From contig JBHGNT010000002.1 of assembly GCA_043228905.1 (NCBI GenBank), positions 9,424,001 to 9,488,000 of the forward strand: 64,000 nt of DNA, given 5' to 3'. This stretch comes from Azolla caroliniana (Eukaryota; Plantae; Polypodiophyta). Below the pieces are notes generated by a model. It worked only from the letters and a program-made list of their open reading frames with translations, did not search any database and had not been told where the DNA came from. Positions 36,701 to 49,987 of this stretch are shown piece after piece. A program made the translations under genes and the position numbers. Positions within the stretch are counted from its first letter, which is position 1. Each line of letters opens with the position of its first letter.

Positions 36701-37477
36701 TATAGTGCCTCTGGCCAAGTTTTTAATTTTAATACCAATGAAGCATATGTTTTTAGGAAAAAAAAAGGCAATAGTAAAAGGGGTCTATATGAAAGTTTAG
36801 AGGTTGTATTCATGGCTAGCTTAGTCATGTGCCCATAGAAGGCATGGTGTTCCTAGGGGGAACATGGCTAAGGGCTTTCAAAATCAAATATCGTCAACAC
36901 AATCATTGGCATCCATTCACAAGACAAGACATACACTAACCTAGGCTTGAAAATTAAATTGAAAGTGGATAGTAGATCATATATTATATTCCAAAACTGA
37001 CTCTTAATTATTTGTTGCAAGATTGGCTATTAATGAAGTGTTTAGTGTTGCAATTCTAGAATATTGGTTCATCCCTTACCCATATCCATCATTTTGAGGT
37101 AGATGGGCATGATGAATTTCAAGGTTTGGTAGATTTTGAAGTTTTGCCAATGTTCATATATCTTGTTTGATTTTAGGAAAAGGATTTTGTAGTTTTGTGC
37201 TCATAAGTGACTATAAATACATATAAATGTTATGATTGTGTGTGAAGGGATCTTTACCTATGTGCACATGACCGAATAGACACACATATAAATGTTATGA
37301 TTGTATGTAAAGGAAATTGTAGCTATGTGCTCATAGCCGAGTAGAGAAACAAACATATAAATGTTACTATACGGCATTTTGGAAATTTTTTGTATTTAAA
37401 TGTCTGCGAGGATTGTTTTCTTATGTGGGTAGACTTAGCATTGTCGAGACGTAACATCGTTTTCTTCACCATATTGT

Positions 37478-38960
37478 ATGCATTAGAAATGAGTTGATGT
37501 CATTGTTGGTCCAAAGCCATCTTATGTTTAGAGCGTGTTCTCGAAAGCATCGATAACCTTTTCCGTTGTTTACAATTTAGATGTTTTGACATACACGGAA
37601 GCATACATTAATTGAATACTCTCATCTTTTTTCATTGACTTGTGTTTCCGTTTAAATTATGATCGAAATTCGATATCGCATTAGAAATTAATTGATGTGA
37701 TTGTTGGTTAGAAGCCATCTTGTGCTTATTACCTGTAATCTCGAAAGCATCGAAAACCTTTTCCATTGTTCAAGGTTTAGATGTTTGGACATACAAGGAA
37801 GCATACATTAATTTAATACTCTCATCTTTCTTCATTGACTTGCGTTTCTGTTTAAAGGATGAGTGAAAGTCGATATCGCATTAGAAATGAGTTGTTCTGA
37901 TTATTGATCCTAACCCATGTTGTGTTTACAACTTGTGATCTCGAAAGCATGGATAACCTTTTCCGTTGTTCAAGGTTTAGATGTTTGAACATACATGGAA
38001 GCATACACTAATTCAATACTCTCATCTTTCTTCATTGACTTGCGTTTCCATTTAAATTATGAGGGAAAGTCGATATTGCATTAGAAATGAGTTGTGGTGA
38101 TTATTGGTCCTAAACCATGTGTTTACAATTTGTGAAAGCATCAATAACATTTTCCATTGTTCATAGTTTAGATGTTTGGGGATACACAAAAGCATATATT
38201 AATTGAATACTCTCATCTTTCTCCATTGACTTGCATTTCTGTTTAAATTATGAGCGAAAGTCAATATCACATTAGAAATGAGTTGATGTGATTATTTGTC
38301 CTTAGCCATGTTGTGTTTAGAACTTGTGATTTCGAAAGCATCGATAACCTTTTCCGTTGTTCAAGGTTTACATGTTTGAACATACATGGAAGCATACATT
38401 AGTTGAATACTCTCATCTTTCTTCATTGACTTGCGTTTCCATTTAAATTATGAGGGAAAGTCGATATTGCATTAGAAATGAGTTGTTGTGATCCTAAACC
38501 GTGTTTACAACCTGTAATCTCGAAAGCATCGATAACATTTTTCATTGTTCATAGTTTAGATGTTTGGGGATACACAAAAGCATATATTAATTGAATACTC
38601 TCATCTTTCTCGATTGACTTGCGTTTCTGTTTAAATTATGAGCGAAAGTCGATATCACATTAGAAATGAGTTGATGTGATTATTGGTCCTTAGCCATGTT
38701 GTGTTTACAGCTTGTGATTTCGAAAGCATCGATAATCTTTTCCATTGTTCATAGGTTAGATGTTTGGAAATACACGGAAGCATACATTGATTGAATAGTC
38801 TCAGTGATTATTCCGTTTTAATTGTCAGTGATTATTGGTCCTAATCAGTGTTGTGTTTACAAATTGCAATCTCGAAAGCATTGATGATCTTTTTCATTGT
38901 TCACAGTTTAGAGGTTTGAATATACTCGGAAGCATACATTAATTGAATATTGTCATCTAT
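37478..38960. repeat. Tandem satellite-like array, ~190-200-bp unit, about 7.5 copies, directly upstream of AOC copy 1
   Basis: CATTAGAAAT recurs at about 37481, 37679, 37879, 38079, 38270, 38470 and 38658, plus a partial unit; the paralogous site (~50580-50790) has one unit. Confidence 0.93.
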
Positions 38961-39062
38961 TTGACTTTTTGTCCGGAAAAGTAATATGCATTTATAAGGA
39001 ACCTACCCCTCTCTTCTTCTCTGCACAACCTGTTTAGATTTCATACTCCAGGAGCTTCGACC

Positions 39063-40035
39063 ATGACAAGATCTGGTGAGTAAAAGTTTGGATTTAAATG
39101 AAAGAAAGGGAAGGTCATTGTCATTAAGGTTAGAATTTATTATGTAAATCACTTGATAAAAGGAAAGAGAGGGAAAGGTTATGTCACATCAAGGATCTAA
39201 AATTGCTGATATAAATCCATGATCTGACTAGATGAGCGAGTTCAAGAGATGTATATTTATGAGCTCAACGAGAAAGACAGAGGGAGCCCTGTCTATCTAC
39301 CTTTCAGCTTCAAGTTCGATTTCTTCAAATTTCTCCCCAAGGGTGCCTTGGGCGATTTGGTTCCTTTCACAAATAAGGTAACTAACTGTGTACAAACATT
39401 GGACTGTTAGTTATAAGGCTATTACAATTCAAACTTACTGCAGATCCCCGTTTGTATGGAGTGCATGACCTAGATCTAAGCTTACAGAATCTAGTGTGCA
39501 TTTACGTGCAGGTATACGATGGGTCCTTGGAAATCAGATTAGGAATCACAGCCGGCCTATGCGTCCTCATCAAGAACTATCCGGAGAAAGGCGGGAATCG
39601 CTACGAGGCCACCTATAGCTTCTACTTTGGTGACTATGGCCACATCTCGGTGCAGGTAAACAAACCAAACATGTCTATGTGTTGTTTTTTCCCTCTCCTC
39701 CTACTCAATGGAGGAAGGATCTGTGCAGAATTTCAATAGCTTTGTAACTTAGGGGTCAGAGTTTTCATTGATGCAAGGGATCATATTTGACGTTCGAGGA
39801 TTCTTATTTGGCGGTCACGGGAGGCTCCGGAATATTCACGGGAGTGTATGGCAAAGTGAAGTTGCATCAGATCCAGTTCCCCTACAAGATCTTCTACACA
39901 TTCTACTTGCAGGGAATCGATAGCCTCCCGGAGCAGCTCACGAGGCCACACGTACCTCCGTCCGTGTCCGTCAAGGCTTCGGATGCAGCCGCCCAATGCC
40001 TGCCCGGTGCCATTGCCCCTAACTTCACCAATTGA
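39063..40035 (+). CDS. AOC: Allene oxide cyclase copy 1, lacking a transit peptide (186 aa); exons 39063-39075, 39232-39377, 39512-39655, 39778-40035
   Basis: [61 protein letters not shown]; GT-AG introns give an open 561-nt frame from ACCATG. Confidence 0.85.
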
Positions 40036-40629
40036 TCGAAATGAAACGAGAAGAAAATCAAATAATGCTCAGACTGGTGGGTGGGATCTAGTCCCCCTAA
40101 ACCATGTACCTTTCATTCGCATCATGCATGCTGGACTAATTATCTCCACCCTCCCCCAATTCTGTGGGTGGTGGGGGCTTAGTTTAATTACCTTTTCGGA
40201 AAGCTCATATTGTCTATGATTTTTATCTGCATCTCATATGGCTCGTCTCCTTCTTTTAGGATTGACGCCAAGTCAAGTTGTGAGTTTTGTGATTTTACAG
40301 CAAGTCATTGTTTGATGCATGCGTGTGTTCATTGTGAAAATTCTTCCATTTTACATTTGCGAGAGGAGGGGATCCAATTTGGAAGTCTACATTAGTGGAT
40401 CTTTCATACCATTAAAGTCAACATTCATGCCAAGGCCACAATTGAGACTGTCATTTTTAGAGTCTAATACTAAGCAATAGATCAGGTAAAATAAAGGTAA
40501 TTCGATTAGATAGAAGAACCTGTTTCACTTGATCATGCTCTAGTTATGATCAAGACATAGCCAACTACTGCCAACCTCCCATACCGATAGATATTAGGAT
40601 GACTAATACCTTAGAAGAGATAACACGAT

Positions 40630-43520
40630 TGTCACGAACCTTCCAGCAACCTTCCTATGTAATGTGTCTTATAAGCCTTCAAAATGAGGCATAAAATTAG
40701 GGTAGTTATACCTCATTTTATGCCTCTTCCTAGGCTCCTTGAATGAATGGATGTGCCTTTTTAAAAGACTCTCCATTCATTTCTTGTCCAGATTATGATA
40801 GTGCATGCACCTACATTCCTTCTATCCAGTCACATTAGTTCCTTCTATCTTGTCAAGATTATGATACTATTCACTTAGTTAAATATTAGTGACGTACCCT
40901 CACATACATTATGTGTGCATAACATACTCCCCTACTTCAAAAGATTGCACTCTGGCATTATAAAGTGAGGAAATTGTGATCTCATTCCCATGTGAATCAT
41001 CCAACTCCTTAGAACGTAAAAGTTTAGTACGAGAATCAGGAATTTGTTTCGGAATGTGAGTTCTGTTAGAAAACTACTTTTATGTTACAAGATCCTTCAT
41101 TGTTATGGTGTTATCACCAAACCCTAAGAATGGTTTTAGATGACTGATGTGCGAAACAAGGTGAATACAACGTTCTGGGGTAAGCCAAGATGATAAGTAG
41201 ATGATCCAACTTGCTTAAGGATTTCAAAGGGGCGACAAAATCATGGGGCTAACATAAGACAGTTGACTGTAGACAATGATGTAGAGTCAGTTGGTATAGT
41301 AAATGTTTTGACCAACAGTAAATGCGCAAGGACGTCTATTCTTATCACCATAAAATCGGGTAAGATCTTGGGCTATCTTAACATTTTCCTTAGTAGTACA
41401 CGCCATTTCATTCATTTCTTGCAAAAAATGGTGTGCATTGTCTAATGCATCACAATGAATTGTGGTATCTAATAGGGCACGTGGCTGAAAACCATATACC
41501 AACATAAAAGGACTATATCTAGTGGATGTATGCTTGGAGCTATTATAGGCAAACTCTAAGATAGGAAGGTATTGCTCCCACTATGAAGGGGTTTGTGCTA
41601 CACAAGCTCGAAGCATGTCCCCAATAATTTGATTAACTCATTCAATTTCTCCATCAGACTAAGGATGATTTGTGGAACTAATCATTAAATTAGTTCGTGG
41701 CTTCTTAAAAACTTGAGCCCAAATGAAGGACTGACGGAACCTTCACTAATTCCTCGAGATTGAAGTGATCCAAACCCCAGAAGGCATATTGATCAACCAA
41801 CACCATTATGTGTTGAATATGCTCTTCAAATTTGGCATGACAGATTGCAAATCCATCTCAACTCCTTCGGACAAGAACGTTAAGATTTGCCTCGGATCGG
41901 GAATGGCTTGCAACCCAACACAGTGTCGACAGATTGTCGGAAGCCTCATTTACCTTACAATTACCTAGTCGAACCTCAGTTATCCGGTCCGCTTGATCAA
42001 TTAATTCATGTCGCAACCGACATTTGATCGCCTTCAGAGCATGCATCGGATATTTTGTTATGTGAGCCGCACGAAGGCTTCTCTTTGTATTTTCCATCTT
42101 TGTGTTTACCTAACCATCTTCTAGTGTCCGGTTGTAGCCGGCTGTGTCTATTGTTAGCTTCCGCATATGTAACTCTTTTCATATTCAAACTGAGATAGTT
42201 AATACATATTCACCATGAACCTTCCTTCTTCTTAATTAAAAGAATTGGCACACCCCAAGGTGATTTACTATACATAATGTGTTCAATACTCAAGGATTCC
42301 TTAAATGTTTTACCGATCTCATCTTCTTCTAATAGACTAAGTTGATAAGGTGGAATGCTCATAGGAGCAACACCGGTAATGAGTGCAATGTAATGGTCCA
42401 CATTACATTTTGGTGGTAAAGTACGCGACAATTTGTTAGGAAATACATCTTGAAAATCATCTAAAATAGAATCAAGTAATTGTCGCTCATTGTGTGGTTT
42501 GTGTGGCTCCAATATTAAAAAAATAAAATTGAAGCATGGGATCAATTACACACAAAAAAATTGATGAGCTAGAATATTCACTTAAAGATTTGTAAGAGAC
42601 TAGTGAACGAAAAGGAAGTTTGAAACAATGAATAAAATGCGTACAATTATTAAGTTCAAATGTGATTGAATGATTCAGTCAATCTATGGATAAAGAAGGG
42701 TTATTAAAATCCAAGAGTATCCTAAAATGACATCTACAGAAGTGTAGTTTCGTAACGTAAAAGTCAAGTTTCTCCATATAGGTGTCTATTTGAATTGGTA
42801 GCTGACAACAATGCTACTAATGTATTGGACACCTCCATTTTCCATGTGAACTTGATAGATAGATCACTTGTGTTAATGTGGAGTTTCATTTGTTGCATCA
42901 AGTGATCATTAAGAAAATTATGGGAACTATTGGAATCAAACAAGAAATGTGCTTGTGATTAATTGATATACCTGAGTGCTTGGAGTACACCATTAGATCC
43001 AAGTTAATGTGAAGGAAAAGTGCCTTCACATGAACTTAAGTGGTTGGAATGAACTTCAATGACATCAAATGACTACTTGCGTGACTCATCGATTTGTCTC
43101 GAGGGGTGTGCATTGACTTCTTCTCAACATGATGATAAGTGTCCTTTGTGTTGCCCCGCTTTTCCAATGCACACAAAAGAGCTCCGGTTTCTTTAAGTCG
43201 CGCTAGATTGTTTATGTTTCCCAATGAGCTTGACATTTGGAGTTTTGGCGAACTCGAGTTTATTGTGGTCTTTCTTGGATGTCTGATGGTACTGACGGAC
43301 AATGTTAACAACTTCCTTGAAAATGCATTCACATGAACTTAAGTGGTTTGTATGCACTTCAATAACATCAAAAGACTCACCTATGTGACTCGTAGATTTT
43401 TCTTGAGGAGGGATGTGCATTCATTTATTCTCAAGACAACGATAGGTGTCCTTCATGTGGTTGACCTTCTTGTAATATGCACAGAAGAGGTTCAGTTTCT
43501 TTTACTTCTATCTAGTTCAA
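40630..43520 (-). mobile_element. Highly degenerate chromovirus (LTR 40630-40924; IN, RT, PR and gag debris), same family as 26625-34165
   Basis: LTR start TGTTATGCA.ACATAA shared with 33915; MLVYGFQPRAL, SKSPWGVPILLIKKKEGSW; ~303-bp duplication at 43025/43328. Confidence 0.75.
41745..42070 (+). pseudogene. Copia RT fragment embedded in the chromovirus remnant
   Basis: IEVIQTPEGILINQHHYVLNMLFKFGMTDCKS..IVGSLIYLTIT. Confidence 0.8.
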
Positions 43521-44554
43521 TACTAGCATCAAACATTTTCAAAAGTGGTATAAGAGCATTTACTAACAATTTTCTTTTGTGTTGTTTTGATGTTTTTAGT
43601 GTGAGCGATAAGGATCTAAGATGGCCCATCATGCTTTTCTCAGCTTCAAAACAATATTCAAACCCTAGTATTTTTTCTTTCTCAGTCTCTCTTCTTTTCG
43701 ATGATGCCTTATTTTCGGTCGAATAAAAATTGTTATTACCATTTCTTTTCTTTCTTTCTTCTATGTGTTTGCATGACATGTTTTGTATTGTGTGAGATGA
43801 TACATGCGAAAATCATTACAATAGTGCATGGGGTCAATCATGTTTGCACTCATCACACGCTCAACTCATTGCCCTTTTGCATATTGCCTTATGTATACCA
43901 CTCTCCCTTTTTGAGCCATTTCTTGCCTAATTCTATGGGACATAGTAGTCTTGATAAGATGCATGTGTACTGCCCTAGAGCTTCATAACTTAGGGAAAAT
44001 GAATCTTTTACACACACCTATTTGATTATTATTATTATTATTATTTTCTAATTACACAATTTGTCTCCCAACGTTCTTATTAAGATTTTCTTGTAATTGC
44101 ATCTACCCACCACACTTAACTCTCTTTTTTACCCATAATTTTCATGTTTAAAATATTGGCATGCGTTTACCTAGGGTATATTACTCTCTAAGGAGATCAC
44201 ACTCATGAACTATTCAAGGATGCATATTGCCCCAACAAAATGCTTGGAGGAACATTTGCACAAAAAGATGTGTGCGCAAAGTATGAGGTCAATATGTGCT
44301 CACGATCTGATTTCCAATTTGTGGATAGACAACACCACCATGATAGATGCAAAGGCAATAGTAAAAGGGGTCTATATCAAAGTTTCGAGGTTGTATTCAT
44401 GGGTAGCTTAGTCATGTCCCTATAGAAGAGAAGGTGCATACAAGGTGCTCCTAGGGAGACCAATGTGCCTAAGAGGTCCCAAAATCAAATGTTGTAAGCA
44501 CAATGATTGGCATCCATTCATACAGAGAAGACGTACACTAACCTAGGGTTGAAG

Positions 44555-47500
44555 TGTAAAGAATCAGGTATGATTCTTGTGTAGTGGAAGAGATGTGTGG
44601 TATGTGTATGTGTGAGAGGAATTAGAGGAGAGATGAGAGAACACAAGATAGATAGAAAAAGGAATACTCAAGAAGAAGGTGTATATTTCACAAGTAGAAT
44701 AAGAATTACAAAATGTAGCATAATAAAGAGTCACAACCGACTTAGTATGAAGTGTGAGGAGGGTGTTTTATATATAATCACCCTCTCTCTTCATTAACTA
44801 ACTACAACAACCACTCTCTCTCTCTTTGGGAATATGAAGACTCATAGTCATGGGGAATATGTAACTCATTAGTTATGCGTCATAGAATATGATTTTATGA
44901 CACATAGTTAATGTGTAGAGAGTAGTGGTGTGACTCTTGACCTTTGAGTAATCATGGATTCTCACACATGTTGTACTATGTTGAGCTTGATTCTCAACAC
45001 GCCCCCTCAAGCTCAACTCGAGTTGATTCCTTTCGGTTGATGTCCGCTTCAGCTGGTATCCGGTTCAGATGATCTCGGTGTCCGCTTCGGCTCATACCCA
45101 GTTCGGACGGTATCCGGTTCTTGCTTGTACTCCCCCTCAATCTTGGCAAGTCAGGGATCGTCAATCCGAGGTTTGACATGAATTGTTGAAGCTTGTTGGC
45201 TCCTAGGGCCTTGGTGAAGATGTCGACTGTCTGAAGATTCGTGTTGATGTGTAGAAGATCGACATCTCCAGCCTGAACACGCTCTCAAATGAAGTGGTAG
45301 TGCACTTCGATATGCTTTGTGCATGCGTGGAACACCGGGTTCCGAGTTAGATATATACTGCTCATGTTGTCGCAGTAAATGGGAGTCGGATCCTTGATGG
45401 GAACGCCTAGATCCTTCAAAATCCTCTTGAGCCATACGGCTTCACATGCAGCTACGAATGCGCCCCTGTATTCATCCTCCGTACTCAAAAGTGCAACGGT
45501 AGGCTGCTTCTTACTACTCCAAGATATTGCTCCACTACCGAGCAAGAAGACAAATCCAGAGGTCGATCGTCAATCGGCTTTGTAGCCTACCCAGTCCGCG
45601 TCTATGTACACTTCGAGTCGTATTGATGTGGTCGATGCATAGAGAACGTCATAATCCATTATGCCGCTCACGTATCATAATACTTGCTTAGCGCAATCGA
45701 AATGGATATCTCACGGATTTTTCATGAATTGGCTAAGGAGTCCGACTGGATAGCTAAGGTCGGGTTGAGTGATCGTGAGATAGATGAGGCTCCCGATCAG
45801 TTGACGATATTGGGTCAACTCGCACTCGTCTATGCCGGAGTCAGCATCTAGTTTGAGGTTTCGATCGAGAGGTGTAGCCACTGATTTGCACTCAGTCATC
45901 CCGAACTTGTATAACAAGTTGAGGATGTAGTGTCGTTGAGAGATCATAATGCCAGTCGGAATCCGAATTACTTCGATGCCCAGGAAGTAATGGAGCTCCT
46001 TCATGTCCATCATCTTGAATTTTCTGGAGAGGAGGGACTTGACCTTGTTGATGTCGACTAGACTTTCACCTCCAATGAACAGATCATCCACATATAGGAT
46101 GATGACAATTAAGCTTCTAGAGTCGTGTCATACGTAGAGGGAGTTCTCGGATTTCGACATTTGAAAGCCGATTTGATGAAGATATTGCGTAATCTTCAAA
46201 TGCCAAGCATGCAGTGCTTGCTTGAGACCGTAGAGTGGCTTCTTGAGTCGGCACACAGCTTTCGGATGAATACGTGATTCGAAGCCGGGAGGTTGTACCA
46301 CGTACACCTCTTCTAATTCGCCTTGGAGGAAAGCGTTCTTGACGTCCATCTAGTGGAGGTGCCACCCTTTCGCCGCTGCGAGTGCAATTACGGTTCGCAC
46401 CGTCGTCATCTTTGCCACCGGTGCAAAGGTCTCTTCACAGTCGACTCCATGTGTTTATGCGTATCCTTTCGCTACGAGTTGAGCTTTGTAATGGTTTACT
46501 TAGCCAACATTATACTTCACCTTGTAGATCCATCTGCAGCCAATTGCCTTCTTGTGCGGTGAGTGGGGAACGAGATCCCATGTCTTGTTCTTGTGTAATG
46601 CACGCATCTCATCGTTCATATATTCGATCCATCGTGGGTCCTTCGCAGCTTCGGAAAAGGTTTCCGGATCCCGTACTGTTGTCACCTTCATCATAAATGT
46701 GTAATGGTACGCCATGTACTCATCATAGCGGAATCGTCTTATGGGGTTCTTTTCACTGGTGGATCGGCAAAGCTTCTCGTTTGCGGATTCTAAGGCTTTC
46801 TTCACTCCATTTGTCTGGATGTCAAGGCCTTCGAACTCAGTATCAAGGGAGTGAGTCAATTCGATGCCGTCGAAATGATTGTCTTCATACTCCGGCATTT
46901 TCGCCTTCCCTTTGTCCAACTTCGAACTCGGCCGAGATGTGCTTTGATCACTTGGGGGCTCTTGTGGCCCACTAAGCCTTGTCATGATTGGGCTTTCTTT
47001 GAACATGCGTGTGAGCCGATCTTTGGCTTCAATCTCTATTTCGGCGGAATCCGGGCTGAGTGGAATCGAAGTCAAAGTTGTCTCTAGTGCGTACCAAGAT
47101 GCGGACTCGTCGAAAACGACGTCTCGATTTACTCGAGATTTTCGAGTTGAGGGGTTATAGCACTTGTACCCCTTTTGCTCTAGTGAGTATCCTACGAGGA
47201 TACATTTCTCCAACTTCAGATCGATCTTTTGTCGCTTCTCGTCGGGGATGTGCACGTACACAACGAAGCCGAATATCCGAACATGCGACAGGTCTGGCTT
47301 CTTTCCGAAAAACTTCTCGTGCGGAGTAAGTTCGTGCACACCCGATGTTGTACACTGATTCATGAGGTATACGGCCGTGTTAGCCGCTTCTGCTCAGTAC
47401 GACTTCGGCACGTGCTTTTCATTCATCATGGCCCGTGCTACTTCGAGGATGTGCCGATTCTTTCGTTCGGTCACTCCGTTTTGTTGTGGCGTATGTCGAC

Positions 47501-49987
47501 ACAAAAACTCTCGCTGAATGCCTTCTTTCCGTAGATACACCGTAAACTCATCCGAGAAATACTCCTTGCCTCCATCCGATCGAAGGCACCATACGTGTCG
47601 ACTCATAGCTTTCTCAACTCCACTCTTGAATTTTTGGAAGTGTCCGAACAGTTCGCTCTTTTGCCGCATCAGGTAGATCCAAGTGTGCCTAGAGAAATCG
47701 TCGATAAAGGTCACATAGTATCGGCATCTGTCGAATGTCGCCGTTTGAGCCGATCCCCATACATCGGAATGAATTATGTCAAGTACGCCTTTGCTTACAT
47801 TCCTCTCCTTCGGAAATGGATGCCGATGTTGCTTGCCGAATTGGCAAGCTACACATACGCCTTCAATCTCTCTCTCTCTTTGAAGGTCGGGAGTCTGATG
47901 ATGACTCCTTTCGATTGCATTGCCTTGAGCTTTTGAAGGTTGATATGGCCAATCCGCTTGTGCCATAACTCTATGTCGGACTCGGCTTTCGTGCCTTTTG
48001 CGAACATGGCCAATTTCATCTCATGCGAGTTGAGAATGAACATTCGACCCTCTCTTCGTCTGCGCGCGATGAGTCGGCCCTCTTTTTCGATGAAGCAACC
48101 GCCCTGATTAAATTGAACTTGCATTCCTTGCTCTACAATTTGGCCGACGGAGACCAAATTCTTCGTGATAGTTAGTACATGCAAGACATTTTTAAGGCAA
48201 GTTTGCTTATCTTCTTCTCCGAACGGAACATTGCCGATGTGCCGAATCGGATGTGTAGTGTCGTCTCCAGTTTTGACATAGCCGGGTCGTTCCAGCTCTC
48301 GAAGTTCTCGAAACCATTCTTGATGAGACGTCATATGGTTGGAAGCACCGGAGTCGACGAACCATACGTCTTCCGGACCCGAGGCACTAGTTGAAGAAGA
48401 AGTCGACATAGAATTTGCTTTATGTCTCATCACGAACATTCCGCCACAATCGTCATAGTCGGAGTTGGTGGCGTAGTTGGTGAGTTGTCGGCTAGTGGAA
48501 GCCGACTCGCGTATCTTCTTACGACATTCTTCTTTGTGGTGACCGATTTTTCCGCAATATCCGCATTCGACCGAGTTTTGTCGACGCGGACTGGAATGGA
48601 AGCACCCCCTTCTTCCAAAGGTTCCTCAATGGCTTCCGTCTTGATACCGAAATTGCGAGTTGTTTTCGTAAGTCCGGCCTCGTCTACCTCGTCCTTGGCC
48701 GAATCAGCCTCTTCTTGCATGGCCGCGTCTTCTTCCTCTGTTCAAATGCGTGTAGAGCATGTGGCCTTCCGAGGCATTGCTCCTTGTTCGAAACATGATT
48801 CTCTTCGACCAACAACATGGATTGAAGATCAAAGAAGGAGGGTGGATTCTCCCGTGCTGGTACGGCGGTCCGCATCGCGCCGAACCGTGGTGCAAGGCCG
48901 CCGAAGCATATTTGCACCATTTCGTCATCGTCCACATTGACGCTTATCGAGCCAAGTGCATCACAAAGCTCCTTGATCTTCAAGGTGTAGCTTGTAATGG
49001 ACATATCCCGTTGTTGGATGTTGTTCAACTCTTAGTGGAGTTGAAACTTTCTCGCGGTCCTGTTGGCGGCGAAAATCTTTCGTAGGTTCTCCTACGCTTC
49101 CTTCGACGTCTCGGCTTCTCGAATGTAGCCGAGCATGTGGTCATGAACACATGTCACCAAGCAGTACATCACTCGGCTTGCCGCTTGCTCCCAAGTTGCA
49201 TAGTCAGCATCTTTCGGGTCAAGTCAGTTTCTTGTGCTCCCTTGATGTAACTCCAATAGCCTTGGCCGACAAGGTATTGGTGCATCTTCTACTCCCAAGA
49301 TGCAAAGTTGTCGCGATCCAACTTCTCACTAGGGAGAGCGCTCCCCATTTGAGTATTCATTGTCGATTAAGCTTCCTTTCTTCTTTTCCTTCTCTCTCGA
49401 ACACGAGCTATGTAGTGGTACTACGATAGCGATGAGCCGATTCTTCTTGAACGTCGGCGTAGAGCACAACACACAATCACGATGAGGCGAATGGGTTAGA
49501 TCAAGCTACCAAATCGCTCTGATACCATGTAAAGAATCGGGTATGATTCTTGTCTAGCGGAAGAGATGTGTGGTATGTGTATGTGTGAGAGGAATTAGAG
49601 GAGAGATGAGAGAACACAAGATAGATAGAAAAAGGAATACTCAAGAAGAAGGTGTATATTTCACAAGTAGAATAAGAATTACAAAATGTAGCATAATAAG
49701 GAGTCACAACTGACTTAGTATGAAGTGTGAGGAGGGTGCTTTATATATAGTCACCCTCTCTCTTCATTAACTAACTACAACAACCACTCTCTCTCTCTCT
49801 CTTGGGGAATGTGAAGACTCATAGTCATGTGGAATATATAACTCATTAGTTATGTGTCATAGAATATAATACTATGACACATAGTTAATGTGTAGAGAGT
49901 AGTGGTGTGACTCTTGCCCTTTGAGTAATCATGGATTCTCAAAAGGTGTGTTCACAAGTTGTAATATGTTGAGCTTGATTCTCAACA
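44555..49987 (-). mobile_element. Full-length decayed Ty1/Copia element, related to 28230-33839
   Basis: LTRs 44555-44999 and 49528-49987; TSD TGAAG at 44550-44554 and 49988-49992; PBS TGGTATCAGAGC at 49527-49516; PPT TTGAGGGGGCG; gag, [37 protein letters not shown]. Confidence 0.96.

Larger units (their letters stand above)
34803..36763 (+). mobile_element. Retroposed (TPRT-type) insertion with short poly(A) and ~19-bp TSD; contains a tandem repeat and PPR remnants
   Basis: AAAGG(A/C)AATAGTAAAAGGG at 34784-34802 and 36764-36782; A-run 36758-36766; empty site in the paralogous block at 44351-44372. Confidence 0.75.

Noticed and set aside
37478-38960. Regularly spaced repeats resembling a CRISPR array
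   Set aside because: Units are ~195 bp and homologous along their whole length with no unique spacers; the context is eukaryotic with no cas genes.
39452-39739. ORF-track proteins 39452-39739, 51730-52017, 58215-58688 and 58899-59219 as separate genes
   Set aside because: They are single exons read through into introns; the spliced AOC and DeSI models explain them.
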